A DNA stretch of 64,000 nucleotides from Dehalococcoidia bacterium (GTDB lineage Bacteria > Chloroflexota > Dehalococcoidia > Lucifugimonadales > UBA3495), in contig OZ245439.1 in assembly GCA_965226875.1 (NCBI GenBank), forward strand, positions 3,271,081 to 3,335,080, read 5' to 3'. A program made the translations under genes and the position numbers. The notes below the pieces were generated by a model. It was not told the DNA's origin, did no database searches, and saw only the letters and a list, made by a program, of their open reading frames with translations. Positions 1 through 9,205 of the stretch are shown here, one piece after another. Numbering within the stretch: position 1 is the stretch's first letter; the number at the start of each line of letters is the position of its first letter.

Positions 1-1069
1 TGCGCTCGAGGCCGGGGTACTGCTTTTCCACGGCCTTGATCTGCTCGATGACCCGGTCGGGCGGGCCGGCGAGGAAGGCACCGGATTCCACCGCGCTCTG
101 GATGGTCGGCAGGCCAGCGTTGGGCGCGCGGCGCGGGTCGCTGATGTCGCGGATCTGCTCGTCGGACAGGCGGCGGCTCAGGCGCAGCGGGCCGAACATC
201 TTGAGGTTCTCCTCGAAGAAGCCCTGGGACTCCTCCATCGCCTGCTCCACGGTGGGGGCGAGATGGAAGTGAAAGCCCACGCTGATGCCTTCGCCGGGCT
301 GCGGGTCTTCGTGTCCGGCGCGAATCATCGCGTCGCGGTAGCCATAGATGACGCTGTCCATCGCGCCGCCCTCGGCTACGCCGCCGCCGATGATGCCCTT
401 GATGCCGTGCTTGACCATGAAGTCCAGTGCTCGCCGGGTGCCGCCCTGGATCGGCTGCCAGCACTCGACGGGCAGCTTGCGCGGGCGAGGCACCAGGGTC
501 AGCTCCTTCAGCGTGTAGCCGCGATACGGCACTTCCGGCGGCAGGGTGTAGTTCTTGCCTTGATGCGACCAGGACTCTTCGTTGAACGCCTTGAAAATGA
601 TCTCCACCTGCTCCTCGAACAGCTCGCGGTTGGCGTCCTGGTCCTGTAGGGGCGATCCGAAGCTCTCGACCTCGCGGGTGTGGTAGCCCCGGCCCACGCC
701 GAAGATGACGCGCCCGCCGGTCAGGATGTCGGCGGTGGCGAAGTCCTCGGCCAGCCGCAGCGGGTGCCACATGGGAGCGATGTTGAAGCCGCAACCGAAC
801 TTGAGGTTCTTGGTGATGTGGGCCAGATGGACGTTGACCATCAGCAGGTTGGGCAGGCATTCGTAGCCTTCCGGCTGGAAGTGGTGCTCGGCCATCCACA
901 TGGTGTCGTAGCCGTTCTGGTCCATGGTGGTGGCGATGGCCTCGGTCTTCTCGAAGACAGTGGACAGGTGGTCGTTGTCGAAGAGGCGGTCATTGACCGC
1001 AGTGCCGCCGTAGCCGATGTTGGTCATGTCCACATGGCCAGCGTAGAGGCTGTCGAACTTGGTAATCAT
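1..1069 (-). CDS. LLM-class (luciferase-like) flavin/F420-dependent oxidoreductase; 3' end runs off the left edge
   Basis: Absent from the ORF track because it is open at the window edge. My reverse-strand translation from ATG 1069-1067 (GGAGG 6 nt upstream) reads MITKFDSLYAGHVDMTNIGYGG...TMWMAEHHFQPEGYECLPN...GGRVIFGVGRGYHTREVESFG..., the luciferase-like TIM-barrel pattern. Plus-strand ORFs 263-649 and 680-1126 are its antisense shadows. Confidence 0.8.
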   Translation of the reverse strand, partial: MITKFDSLYAGHVDMTNIGYGGTAVNDRLFDNDHLSTVFEKTEAIATTMDQNGYDTMWMAEHHFQPEGYECLPNLLMVNVHLAHITKNLKFGCGFNIAPMWHPLRLAEDFATADILTGGRVIFGVGRGYHTREVESFGSPLQDQDANRELFEEQVEIIFKAFNEESWSHQGKNYTLPPEVPYRGYTLKELTLVPRPRKLPVECWQPIQGGTRRALDFMVKHGIKGIIGGGVAEGGAMDSVIYGYRDAMIRAGHEDPQPGEGISVGFHFHLAPTVEQAMEESQGFFEENLKMFGPLRLSRRLSDEQIRDISDPRRAPNAGLPTIQSAVESGAFLAGPPDRVIEQIKAVEKQYPGLER

Positions 1070-1109
1070 GCGGAACCTCCCAAAGTGTGCTCGCATTTAT
1101 TGTTGGCGA

Positions 1110-1400
1110 TTATCGGGGGATGTTGAGACCCAGTTGCCGTTCAACCTCGTCGGTAACTTGTTGTGGTGGGCCTGAGAGTGTCCACCCAAATCGCACGATG
1201 TTGCTGACGTTGTAAACCGCCGAAGGGTTCCTCAGAAAGATAATCCCGGTTGGTTCATTTAGGATCGAAATCTTATTGGCGATTTCACCAACGATTTCAT
1301 TGCGCTGCCGTTGATCTCTCGGAAGGTCGTATACGTGAATCCACGGCCCACCACTAGTGGAATTCACCGTGAGTACCAATTTGAAGATCGGACCTTCCAT
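1110..1400 (-). CDS. hypothetical small protein (about 96 aa)
   Basis: ORF-track 1110-1415; I prefer the internal ATG at 1400 (GGGAGA 5 nt upstream). No recognisable motif. Visibly more AT-rich than both flanking LLM genes and co-directional with them. Confidence 0.4.
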   Translation of the reverse strand: MEGPIFKLVLTVNSTSGGPWIHVYDLPRDQRQRNEIVGEIANKISILNEPTGIIFLRNPSAVYNVSNIVRFGWTLSGPPQQVTDEVERQLGLNIPR

Positions 1401-1501
1401 GTGATCTCCCGGCATATGAGCTGGCTATTTTCCTGTTGAAGACCACACGAACATTCACGTATTCGTTGCCCGCTTTTTCGGAGGCACGAGTTATTGCCTT
1501 A

Positions 1502-2665
1502 CTACTCGTAGGGCTGGAGTTGGATTTCGTGGAGGGCGGGGATGACTTCCTTGCCCAGCAGCTCGACGGAGCGCATCACGTCGGCGTGGTTCATGTTGCC
1601 CTCGTTGCCGTAGATGTGCAGGTAGCCGGGGTTCAGCCGCTCTATGATATTCCTGAGCTTGCGGGTAACGGTGTCGGGGCTGCCGACGATTACGTTGTCC
1701 ACGTCCTGCAATTCCTGGTAGGTCATGCGGCGTCCGAAGCCCCCGGCGCCGGGCAGCTGACGCTGGATGCGCACGGCCTCGCGGGACTGGTAGCCTGGCG
1801 GGTCGTTGTGCTCCACCGGCCCCCGGTTGCGGTGGTTCTCCGTCCAGAGGAAGGTCTCGCCGATTCGCTGGGCTTCCTCGTCTGTGTCGGCGCAGAAGAC
1901 CCGCAGCAGGTATCCGAAATGCTCCGGGCCGGGGGTGAAGCCGACCTCCTTGGCGGTGTCGATGTAGACGCCCTTCAATCCCTCGGTGTAGTCCAGCAGG
2001 GATCCGAGGTTCATGTATGGGTGCTGGTGCCGGGCGGCCCAGACCACGCTCTCGGCGCTGGACAGGCCGGGGAACCAGATGGGCGGGTGCGGGTCCTGCA
2101 CCGGCAGCACCCAGGGGTTCACCACCCGGTAGGAGTAATGCTTCCCTTCATAGCGGAAGGGGCCGGGCTGCGTCCAGCATTTTATGATGAGGTCGTGGGC
2201 CTCCTCGAATCTGGAGCGGTTCTCGGCGGGGATGATGCCCCCGGCCAGACTCTCGACGGCGGTGCCCCGCACGAAGCCGGAGATAATGCGTCCGTTGGAG
2301 AAGCAGTCCAGCATGGCGATTTCCTCGGCCATGCGAATGGGGTCGTTGACCGCGATGACGTTGCCGAGGATGGCAATCTTGGTGTTCTTCGTTATCTTGG
2401 AGATGACCGCAGCGTCCAGGTTGACCGCCGGCTTCATGCACCAGTAGGAGGCGTGATGCTCGTTGGACATGATGCCGTCAAAGCCCACCTCGTCGGCCAG
2501 GGCGTACTGCTCGTGGTATTGGTTATAGAGGATGTGGGCCTTCTCCGGGTCGAAGAAGGTGTTGGGGAAGCCCAGCCGGCCGGAGTCGTACTGCTCCAGG
2601 TCGGCGTCGGTGACGTGGGCGTAGGGCTGCTCGGAAAACCAGAAAACCTCGATGGTGTCTTTCAT
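1502..2665 (-). CDS. LLM-class flavin-dependent oxidoreductase (luciferase-like monooxygenase family)
   Basis: 387-aa ORF with GFDGIMSNEHHASYWCM, GRIISGFVRGTAVE and C-terminal VIVGSPDTVTRKL, typical of bacterial luciferase-like proteins. Plus-strand ORF 1436-2689 is an antisense shadow. Confidence 0.85.
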   Translation of the reverse strand: MKDTIEVFWFSEQPYAHVTDADLEQYDSGRLGFPNTFFDPEKAHILYNQYHEQYALADEVGFDGIMSNEHHASYWCMKPAVNLDAAVISKITKNTKIAILGNVIAVNDPIRMAEEIAMLDCFSNGRIISGFVRGTAVESLAGGIIPAENRSRFEEAHDLIIKCWTQPGPFRYEGKHYSYRVVNPWVLPVQDPHPPIWFPGLSSAESVVWAARHQHPYMNLGSLLDYTEGLKGVYIDTAKEVGFTPGPEHFGYLLRVFCADTDEEAQRIGETFLWTENHRNRGPVEHNDPPGYQSREAVRIQRQLPGAGGFGRRMTYQELQDVDNVIVGSPDTVTRKLRNIIERLNPGYLHIYGNEGNMNHADVMRSVELLGKEVIPALHEIQLQPYE

Positions 2666-2808
2666 GCGTCAACGGCTCCTGGAAGTTAGCGTAACAGTTT
2701 GGCAGGCCCGCCGGGGCGGAACTGCGATTGCCCGCAATCTAACCATTGGGCGGCAGGGTGTCAAGGATAATAGACGCGACACCGGCCCACCCGTCACCGG
2801 CCCACCCG

Positions 2809-4110
2809 TCACCCCACCGCCGCCGGTTTCGCCGCCAGCTCGCGCCCGGCGCCGCGGCCCAGGCCGAACCAGAAGGTCACCAGCAGCATCAGGCCCGCCG
2901 CTATCGTTATCGCCAGTGGCCAGCTTGTTTCGGCGGCAACGAAGGACAGGGGCAGAGCGCCTATGTAGTGGAAGCCGGGAGTGAAGTGGAAGACGCCCAT
3001 CACCCGCCCCCGAAGTTCCGGCGGTGTCGAGAGTTGCAGGATGGTGGTCGCCAGGGGCCAGACGGTGCCGAGACTCAATATCCCCACCACGGCGAACAGG
3101 CCCCACGCCAACCAGAAGGAATTGGACCAGCCAAACAGGGTCAGCATTACGGCGAAGCTCACCAGGCACACCAGCAGCCAGCGATAGAGCCAGGCCCTGT
3201 GCATGAAGGTTATGAACACGTTGCCCAGCAACGAGCCGACGCCGGAGGCTTGGAGGATCAACCCGGCCTGAGTAGCATCAGCCCCCAGTTGGTCCTTGGC
3301 GAAAGCAGGGATCACCTGGAGGTGGGACATTCCGAACCCACCGAAGGAGCAGGCCAGCACAATAACCGTCAGCAGTAGCGGGCTGTTCTTGATGGCTGAG
3401 AACCCGTTAATAAAGTTGCGCACCAGCCGCTCGCGGGCCACTTCCGTCGCCCTGAATGTGCCGCGTATGGGCAGGATGCACAGGACGCTCAGGCCGTAAA
3501 AGGCTGCGTTTGCGGCCAGGCCTGCGCCAATCCCCCACACGTCTGCGTACCCGGCGATCAACGGCGGGCCGTCAATGAGCACTCCGGCCAGCGGCGGGCC
3601 AATTATCCGACCGATGTGAACCGCCCCGTTGAACTGGGCCACAGCGTCCAGCAGGTTGGTATGGCCCACCAGGTCGGACAGCATGGTCACCCGCGCCGGT
3701 TGGTTCAGGGCTTGCAGCACACCCAGCAGGGCCACCGCGAGGTACACGTGCCAAAGGGCGACAGCACCCACGACGGTCAGCGCGGCCATGACGCCAATCA
3801 GCACGGCAACTGACGCTTGGGTGGCCATCAGCAGCAGCTTGCGGTCAATGCGGTCGGCTATGACCCCGCCGATGGGCAGCATCATGGTGTTGGGAATTCC
3901 ATACAGGAAAACAACCAGGCCCAGTTGCTGTATGGAAGACCCGGTGAGCTCCAGCACCAGCCAGCCAAGCACCAGGAACTGCATCCCCTGGGCCACCGAC
4001 TGGGAAAAGGAGCCCAGCCAGTACCAGCGGAAACCGGCGAACCGCCACGGCCCCCTCAATCTGGTCCAATAGGACGCCCCCGCGGGGGTTGACGATGCGT
4101 TCGTTACCAC
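2809..4110 (-). CDS. MFS transporter
   Basis: 433-aa ORF with about 12 hydrophobic spans, the MFS loop motif GGVIADRIDRKLLL and an N-terminus FRWYWLGSFSQSVAQGMQFLVLGWLV. Confidence 0.85.
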   Translation of the reverse strand: MVTNASSTPAGASYWTRLRGPWRFAGFRWYWLGSFSQSVAQGMQFLVLGWLVLELTGSSIQQLGLVVFLYGIPNTMMLPIGGVIADRIDRKLLLMATQASVAVLIGVMAALTVVGAVALWHVYLAVALLGVLQALNQPARVTMLSDLVGHTNLLDAVAQFNGAVHIGRIIGPPLAGVLIDGPPLIAGYADVWGIGAGLAANAAFYGLSVLCILPIRGTFRATEVARERLVRNFINGFSAIKNSPLLLTVIVLACSFGGFGMSHLQVIPAFAKDQLGADATQAGLILQASGVGSLLGNVFITFMHRAWLYRWLLVCLVSFAVMLTLFGWSNSFWLAWGLFAVVGILSLGTVWPLATTILQLSTPPELRGRVMGVFHFTPGFHYIGALPLSFVAAETSWPLAITIAAGLMLLVTFWFGLGRGAGRELAAKPAAVG

Positions 4111-4242
4111 GCTGAGATTCTCACGGTCTCTCTCTTCTGCCGCCGTCGCCCGGCTTGGCTGGAGCTATGCCACCCGCCGGGGATTCGCTGATTGTGCATC
4201 TGTTGAATCCGTGGGGAAATCGGGGACTTCAATTTCAGATCT

Positions 4243-5544
4243 TCACACGAGCGCCGGGTGCGCTGCCAGCTCCCGGCCTGTCTTGCGGACCAGGCCGAAG
4301 GTGAGCGCTACCAGCAGGGTCACTCCCGCCGCTCCGGTTATTGCCAGCGGCCAGCCCACTCCGGCGGCGGCCAGGGTCAGGGGCCAGGCCCCAAGGAAGT
4401 GAAAGCCCGGGACGAGGTGGATCACTCCCATCACCCGGCCCCGCACCTCCGCCGGAGACGACAGTTGCATAATTGTGGTCGTCAGCGGCCAGATCCATCC
4501 TATGGCCACAACACCCACCAACAGAGTGAACACCCAGGTTGCCCAAAACCAGCCAGCCCAGGATGTCCCGGTCAGGTCATCGAAAGACCCACTCCAGGCA
4601 AAGAACATCAGTAACATGGTAAAAGTTACGAGGCAGAACAGCAGCCAACGGTATAGCCAGGCCCGGTGCATCAACGTCAGGGTCAGGCTGCCTGCTAGGG
4701 CGCCTATGCCCGAGCCCAGGAGCAGCAGTCCGACCTCGGAGGCGCCGCTGCCGAGTTGCTCCTTGGCAAAGGCGGGTATCACCTGCAAGTGCGCCATCCC
4801 GAACCCGCCAAAGAAGCAAGTGATCACCAGGACCGTTAGTAGCATCGGAGTATCACGGATAACGGATAGCCCCTCCCCGATATGGCGCAACAGGGGCTGG
4901 CGAATCGCCGGAGGGCGGCTGTACATCCCGCGGACCATGGCCAACAGGAGAACACTGGCCCCATAGCACACGGCGTTCAGGACCAGCACCACGCCCATGC
5001 CCCACTGGTCTATCAGAACTCCCGCCACCGGGGGGCCGACGATCCTGCCGGCGTGCTGCGCCGCGTTGAACTGCGCCACGGCGTCCAGCAGTCTGCGCTC
5101 GCCCACAAGGTCCGCAAGCATCGCCAACCTGGCGGGCATATTCAACGCCTGCAACACTCCCAGCAGGGCCGCCGAAAGGTAGATGTGCCAGAGCGCCACG
5201 TTTTCCGTGATGGTGAGCACGGCCAGCCCGGCAATCACGGCTCCCACCATCGCCTGCGTGACCATCAGCAGCCGCTTTCGGTCCATCCGGTCGGCGATGA
5301 TGCCGCCAGCCATCAGGAAGCCGATGTTGAGAACGCCGTAAAGGGACACCGTCAGCCCCAGCTGGGTCTTGTCGCCGGTGACCTCCAGCACCAGCCAGCC
5401 GAGGACCAGGAACTGCATCCCCTGGGACATGGACTGGGCCAGCGATCCGGCCCAATACCAGCGAAAAGAAGGAACCTGCCACGGCCCCGTAATCCGGCTC
5501 CATAAAGGGGGTGAAGCCGAAGCAGGCGGCGGGTTGGCTACCAA
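4243..5544 (-). CDS. MFS transporter, tandem paralogue of 2809-4110
   Basis: 433 aa, colinear with the neighbour (FRWYWAGSLAQSMSQGMQFLVLGWLV, GGIIADRMDRKRLL). Same length and same strand. Confidence 0.85.
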   Translation of the reverse strand: MVANPPPASASPPLWSRITGPWQVPSFRWYWAGSLAQSMSQGMQFLVLGWLVLEVTGDKTQLGLTVSLYGVLNIGFLMAGGIIADRMDRKRLLMVTQAMVGAVIAGLAVLTITENVALWHIYLSAALLGVLQALNMPARLAMLADLVGERRLLDAVAQFNAAQHAGRIVGPPVAGVLIDQWGMGVVLVLNAVCYGASVLLLAMVRGMYSRPPAIRQPLLRHIGEGLSVIRDTPMLLTVLVITCFFGGFGMAHLQVIPAFAKEQLGSGASEVGLLLLGSGIGALAGSLTLTLMHRAWLYRWLLFCLVTFTMLLMFFAWSGSFDDLTGTSWAGWFWATWVFTLLVGVVAIGWIWPLTTTIMQLSSPAEVRGRVMGVIHLVPGFHFLGAWPLTLAAAGVGWPLAITGAAGVTLLVALTFGLVRKTGRELAAHPALV

Positions 5545-5608
5545 TTGACAGCGCTCACTGACGGACTGCCGCGTCCGGATCGCCGAGTGGTCAAAATGAG
5601 CAAGACTC

Positions 5609-5772
5609 TAGGTTCTGTTGACATTTGCATTTGTAACCGATGTGCAGGCCCATTTCATGTCATTCCAAGTGCAGGAAAGCACTAATGGCCTTGAATCGGA
5701 GTGATAAGTCCAGGATTCTTCGTCGCTATTTCCCCGGAATGACCCGCAACAGCGAAATGTCAACAGAACCTA
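5609..5772. mobile_element. MITE-like non-autonomous element (160 bp between TA flanks)
   Basis: Perfect 16-bp terminal inverted repeat GGTTCTGTTGACATTT (5611-5626) / AAATGTCAACAGAACC (5755-5770). It is flanked by TA on each side inside a CTAG context (c-TA-[element]-TA-g). No ORF inside. Confidence 0.5.
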
Positions 5773-6105
5773 GTCGGGGATTCCCATGCTGACGCTGCGG
5801 TAGCTGCCGTTAATGGCGCGGGTCTGGTGGCCCTGGCCGGTCATATCCTCGGCCAGCAGCACGTCGCCCGCTTGGAACTGGCGGATGGCGCCGTCGCCGC
5901 AGATTACCTCCATTTGCCCTTCCAGGACGATGAGGTACTGGCGGCGGGTGGGATGGTGCCAGTCGCTGAAGCTGTTTTCGGCAGAGCGGCGAAACACCAG
6001 GTCCTCGCCGGACTTGGTGGTAACGCGCAGCGCGTCATCGCTGGGCATTCCCACGTCATCAAAATGGGACAGGCCATCGTCTCCGGTATAAATTCGGACG
6101 AGCAT
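5770..6105 (-). CDS. cupin-domain protein
   Basis: ORF 5770-6195 trimmed to ATG 6105 (GGAG 6 nt upstream). Contains WHHPTRRQYLIVLEGQMEV...FQAGDVLLAED, a two-motif cupin barrel pattern. Its stop codon lies in the CTAG at the MITE-like element end. Confidence 0.7.
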   Translation of the reverse strand: MLVRIYTGDDGLSHFDDVGMPSDDALRVTTKSGEDLVFRRSAENSFSDWHHPTRRQYLIVLEGQMEVICGDGAIRQFQAGDVLLAEDMTGQGHQTRAINGSYRSVSMGIPD

Positions 6106-6373
6106 AAGTATCTCCCAACTCGGATTAGCGGCCCGCGCCGGAATGATGCGGCCGCCAACGCAAGTATAAGCCATCGCACAAGCAGGAACGGGCAATTGTC
6201 AGGGCTTTCCCGTTCTCCCTTTCTCTTGATGGAAAGGGTTGGGGGAGGGTGAATCTTACGCATCAAGCGTCGAGGGGAGGGAACATTTCCAGGCAGCCCA
6301 AACTCGCCTTCGCAGCCCACCGCCGCACTCCTGCCTTTCCCGCCTGCGTGTTAAAATATCCGGCGTCTGGAAC

Positions 6374-6407
6374 CGTAATCTGAACTTCGCCGTAATCTGA
6401 ACTTCGC
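6374..6407 (+). repeat. perfect 17-bp tandem duplication CGTAATCTGAACTTCGC x2
   Basis: Read directly at 6374-6390 and 6391-6407, ending 8 nt before the ATG at 6416. Confidence 0.9.
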
Positions 6408-6415
6408 AGGGATCG

Positions 6416-7030
6416 ATGGGTCAACTATACATTGTTCGCCACGGCGAAACTGTCTGGAACCGCGAGGGCCGCATCCAGGGCCATACCGACGTTGGCCTGT
6501 CGCACAGGGGCTTGGAGCAGGCGCGGATGCTGGCGCAACGGCTGAAAACCGTTCAGTTCGACGCGGCCTACGCCAGCGACCTTTGCCGGGCATCCGATAC
6601 CGCCGCCGCCGTCCTCGATGGGCGCGACGTCCCCATTGTCCCCACGCCGCGCCTGCGCGAGTACCACAAGGGCGCTTTCGAGGGGATGACCGAGAGCGAA
6701 CTGCGGGCGCGGTATCCCTCGGAGTATCCCGGTTACGTCGCCAAGGACCTCGATTACGCTCCCGAGGGCGGCGAGTCCACCCGGGGCGTCAGCGAGCGAA
6801 TGGCCTCCGTCATCAACGAAATCAAGGAACGTCACCTTGACGACACCGTGCTGGTGGTGGGCCACGGCGGTTCCCTGAGGGCGGCGATGATGGCGTTGCT
6901 GGGAATGTCCCTGGACGCCAACTGGCGCTTCGTCTTCGGTAACTGCACCCTCACCATCGTGGACACCTACCACGACAACGCCGTGCTGCGGCTGTTCAAC
7001 GACTCATCGCACCTCAGCGGGTTAGGGTAG
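6416..7030 (+). CDS. histidine phosphatase family protein (phosphoglycerate mutase / CobC alpha-ribazole-phosphatase-like)
   Basis: N-terminal catalytic motif YIVRHGETVWN and a later VLVVGHGGSLRA; 204 aa. Confidence 0.8.
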   Translation: MGQLYIVRHGETVWNREGRIQGHTDVGLSHRGLEQARMLAQRLKTVQFDAAYASDLCRASDTAAAVLDGRDVPIVPTPRLREYHKGAFEGMTESELRARYPSEYPGYVAKDLDYAPEGGESTRGVSERMASVINEIKERHLDDTVLVVGHGGSLRAAMMALLGMSLDANWRFVFGNCTLTIVDTYHDNAVLRLFNDSSHLSGLG

Positions 7031-7088
7031 GGCCGGGGAAATTTCCGCGCACCGGCGCATACCGCCGTGACCGCAGGGGCGCACAGCA

Positions 7089-8054
7089 ATGCGGCCCTGC
7101 CTTACCGACTTTAGCAGAACGGGAGAACACCCCTTGAACTCCGACCACAATCAAGATACGGATTCACCCCCGCTGACCATTGGCTCGGCGACGGCTCGGG
7201 CGACGGGAGTCTGCGGCGTGCTGGCCCAGGGCGCCATCGGCGAGATGCACTTCTCGGTCACCTGTCCTGTTGATTTCTATTCCCGCGTGCGGGTGGAGTT
7301 GAGCGCCGACGGGCCGGGCGTGGCCGCCACGGATGGCTGCGAGAAAACCGTCGCAGCGGTGCGGCGGACGCTGGCGCACCTTCGGCGGGCCAGGGTGCGA
7401 GCCGACGTGCGCGTCAGCAGCCCCATTCCCCGGGGCAGGGGTCTGGGAAGCAGCAGCGCCGACCTGTCGGCTGCAATCGCCGCCACCGCCCTGGCCCTCG
7501 GCGAGGAACTCACCCCCGAGGCCATCGCCCAGATCGCCCTCTCCATCGAACCCACCGGCGGGGTGATGATGCCGGGGCTGGCCCTGTTCGACCATCGCGC
7601 CGGGCTGGTGCGGGAAAGCCTCGGCCCGCCTCCGCCCATGGAAATCGTGGCGCTGGACTTCGGCGGCTCCTCCCGTTCCGGGTACTTCAACCTGTCGGAC
7701 CGGCCCCAGCGATGGCATGGAGTCAACGACCAGACCGCCGAGGCCCTGAACCTGATCCGCCGCGGAGTGGCGGAGAAGAGTCCCGCGCTGGTGGGCCGGG
7801 GCGCGACCATCGCTGCGGAGGCCGGCAGCCGTGTTACCTCCCGGCCCCGGCTGGAGGAAGTCGCCGCCTTCGCCCGCGAAGTCGGCGCCGTCGGCATCAA
7901 CGGCGGCCAGAGCGAGGGCGTCACCGGGGTGCTACTGGACGCCACCGAGCGGCGCGGCAAGTCCACCTACCTCAAGGCAAAGCAGGCGTTCCCGGACGCC
8001 GAAACGGTCTATCACTTCCGGCTGCTGGGCGGCGGCGTCCAAACTGTTACCTAA
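7089..8054 (+). CDS. GHMP-family kinase, PduX-like (possible L-threonine kinase)
   Basis: GHMP motif PIPRGRGLGSSSADLSAAIAA. N-terminal GVCGVLAQGAIGEMHFSVTCPVDFYSRV resembles PduX-type kinases as I recall them. Start codon uncertain. Confidence 0.6.
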   Translation: MRPCLTDFSRTGEHPLNSDHNQDTDSPPLTIGSATARATGVCGVLAQGAIGEMHFSVTCPVDFYSRVRVELSADGPGVAATDGCEKTVAAVRRTLAHLRRARVRADVRVSSPIPRGRGLGSSSADLSAAIAATALALGEELTPEAIAQIALSIEPTGGVMMPGLALFDHRAGLVRESLGPPPPMEIVALDFGGSSRSGYFNLSDRPQRWHGVNDQTAEALNLIRRGVAEKSPALVGRGATIAAEAGSRVTSRPRLEEVAAFAREVGAVGINGGQSEGVTGVLLDATERRGKSTYLKAKQAFPDAETVYHFRLLGGGVQTVT

Positions 8055-8087
8055 ACGCCGAGATTCTTAACCGCAGAGGGCAAAGAG

Positions 8088-9158
8088 ATGGCTGAGTATA
8101 ACCTGGCTGTAATTCCCGGCGACGGCGTGGGGCCGGAGGTTATCGCCGAGGGGCGCAAGACACTGGAGGGGCTGGCGGCCTCTGGAGGCCCTTCCTTCCG
8201 ATTCACCGAGTTCCCTTGGGGCAGCGACTACTACCGCGAGACCGGGCGCCTGATGCCGGAGGACGGGCTGGAGTTGCTGTCCGGCTTCGACGCCATCCTG
8301 TTCGGCGCGGTGGGCGACCCGAACATTCCCGACCACATCACGCTGCACGGACTGTTGCTGCCGATGCGCCGGGGCTTCGACCAGGGTATATGCGTGCGCC
8401 CTGCCTATCTCTATCCCGGCGTGACCTCGCCCCTGTCGGGCAAGAAGCCCGGCGACATCGACATGGTCATCTTCCGCGAGAACACCGAGGGCGAGTACGC
8501 GCCCGTGGGCGGGCGCCTGAACGCCGGCACGCCCCACGAGACGGTCATCCAGAGCAACGTGTTCACCCGGCGAGGAACCGAGCGCATCATCCGCGCTGCC
8601 TTCGAGCACTGCGTCCGCCGCAACAAGCGCAACAAGGTGACGTCGGTCACCAAGTCCAACGCCCAGTCCTTCGGCATGGTGTTCTGGGACGAGGTGTTCG
8701 AGGACGTGGCCGCCGACTACCCGCAGGTGGAGACGGAGTCGCTGCTGGTGGACCGGGCCTGCATGGACTTCGTGCGCTGGCCCGAGGACTTCGACGTGGT
8801 GGTGGCCTCCAACCTGTTCGCCGACATCCTGTCGGACATCGCGGCGGTGGTGACGGGCAGCATGGGCCTGGCCCCCAGCGCCAACATCAACCCCGACAAG
8901 GTGCACCCATCGCTGTTCGAGCCGGTGCACGGCGCGGCCTTCGACATCATGGGCAAGGGAATCGCCAACCCGCTGGCGACCATCTCAGCCGTGGCCATGA
9001 TGCTGGACCATCTGGGCGAACCCGAAGCCGCCGCCCGAGTGGACGCCGCCGTAGCCCGCTGTCTGGAGGAGCGCCGGGTGCTGACGGCAGACCTCGGCGG
9101 CAACGCCAGCACATCGCAGATGGGCGACGAAGCGGCGCGGCTGGTGCGCGAGGGGTAG
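8088..9158 (+). CDS. isocitrate/isopropylmalate-dehydrogenase-family enzyme, tartrate/D-malate dehydrogenase-like
   Basis: Contains AVIPGDGVGPEV, FGAVGDPNIPDH, IFRENTEGEY and NLFADILSD; 356 aa. A canonical LeuB is separately present at 55199. Confidence 0.85.
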   Translation: MAEYNLAVIPGDGVGPEVIAEGRKTLEGLAASGGPSFRFTEFPWGSDYYRETGRLMPEDGLELLSGFDAILFGAVGDPNIPDHITLHGLLLPMRRGFDQGICVRPAYLYPGVTSPLSGKKPGDIDMVIFRENTEGEYAPVGGRLNAGTPHETVIQSNVFTRRGTERIIRAAFEHCVRRNKRNKVTSVTKSNAQSFGMVFWDEVFEDVAADYPQVETESLLVDRACMDFVRWPEDFDVVVASNLFADILSDIAAVVTGSMGLAPSANINPDKVHPSLFEPVHGAAFDIMGKGIANPLATISAVAMMLDHLGEPEAAARVDAAVARCLEERRVLTADLGGNASTSQMGDEAARLVREG

Positions 9159-9205
9159 TCGGTTGTGGCGCAGTTGTAGGCGGTCGCCCAGAACGGAGGA
9201 AGCGC

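Noticed and set aside
1436-2689. A 417-aa plus-strand ORF, with many similar long ORFs elsewhere. These include 8067-8930, 17696-18781, 22267-23184, 23397-24440, 24223-25203, 25803-26720, 27483-28802 and 31842-32882. Others are 33943-34947, 39209-40324, 47990-49192, 51086-52111, 53432-54397 and 55079-55903.
   Set aside because: They lie antisense to, or out of frame with, genes that have clear family motifs. Their translations are Arg/Gly/Ala/His/Pro-rich with no motifs, and they lack SD sequences. These are typical shadow ORFs of high-GC DNA.
2780-2809. A perfect 15-bp tandem duplication CACCGGCCCACCCGT x2 next to the MFS gene stop.
   Set aside because: It is a simple GC-rich slippage duplication in an intergenic spacer, with no associated structure or gene effect that I can see.
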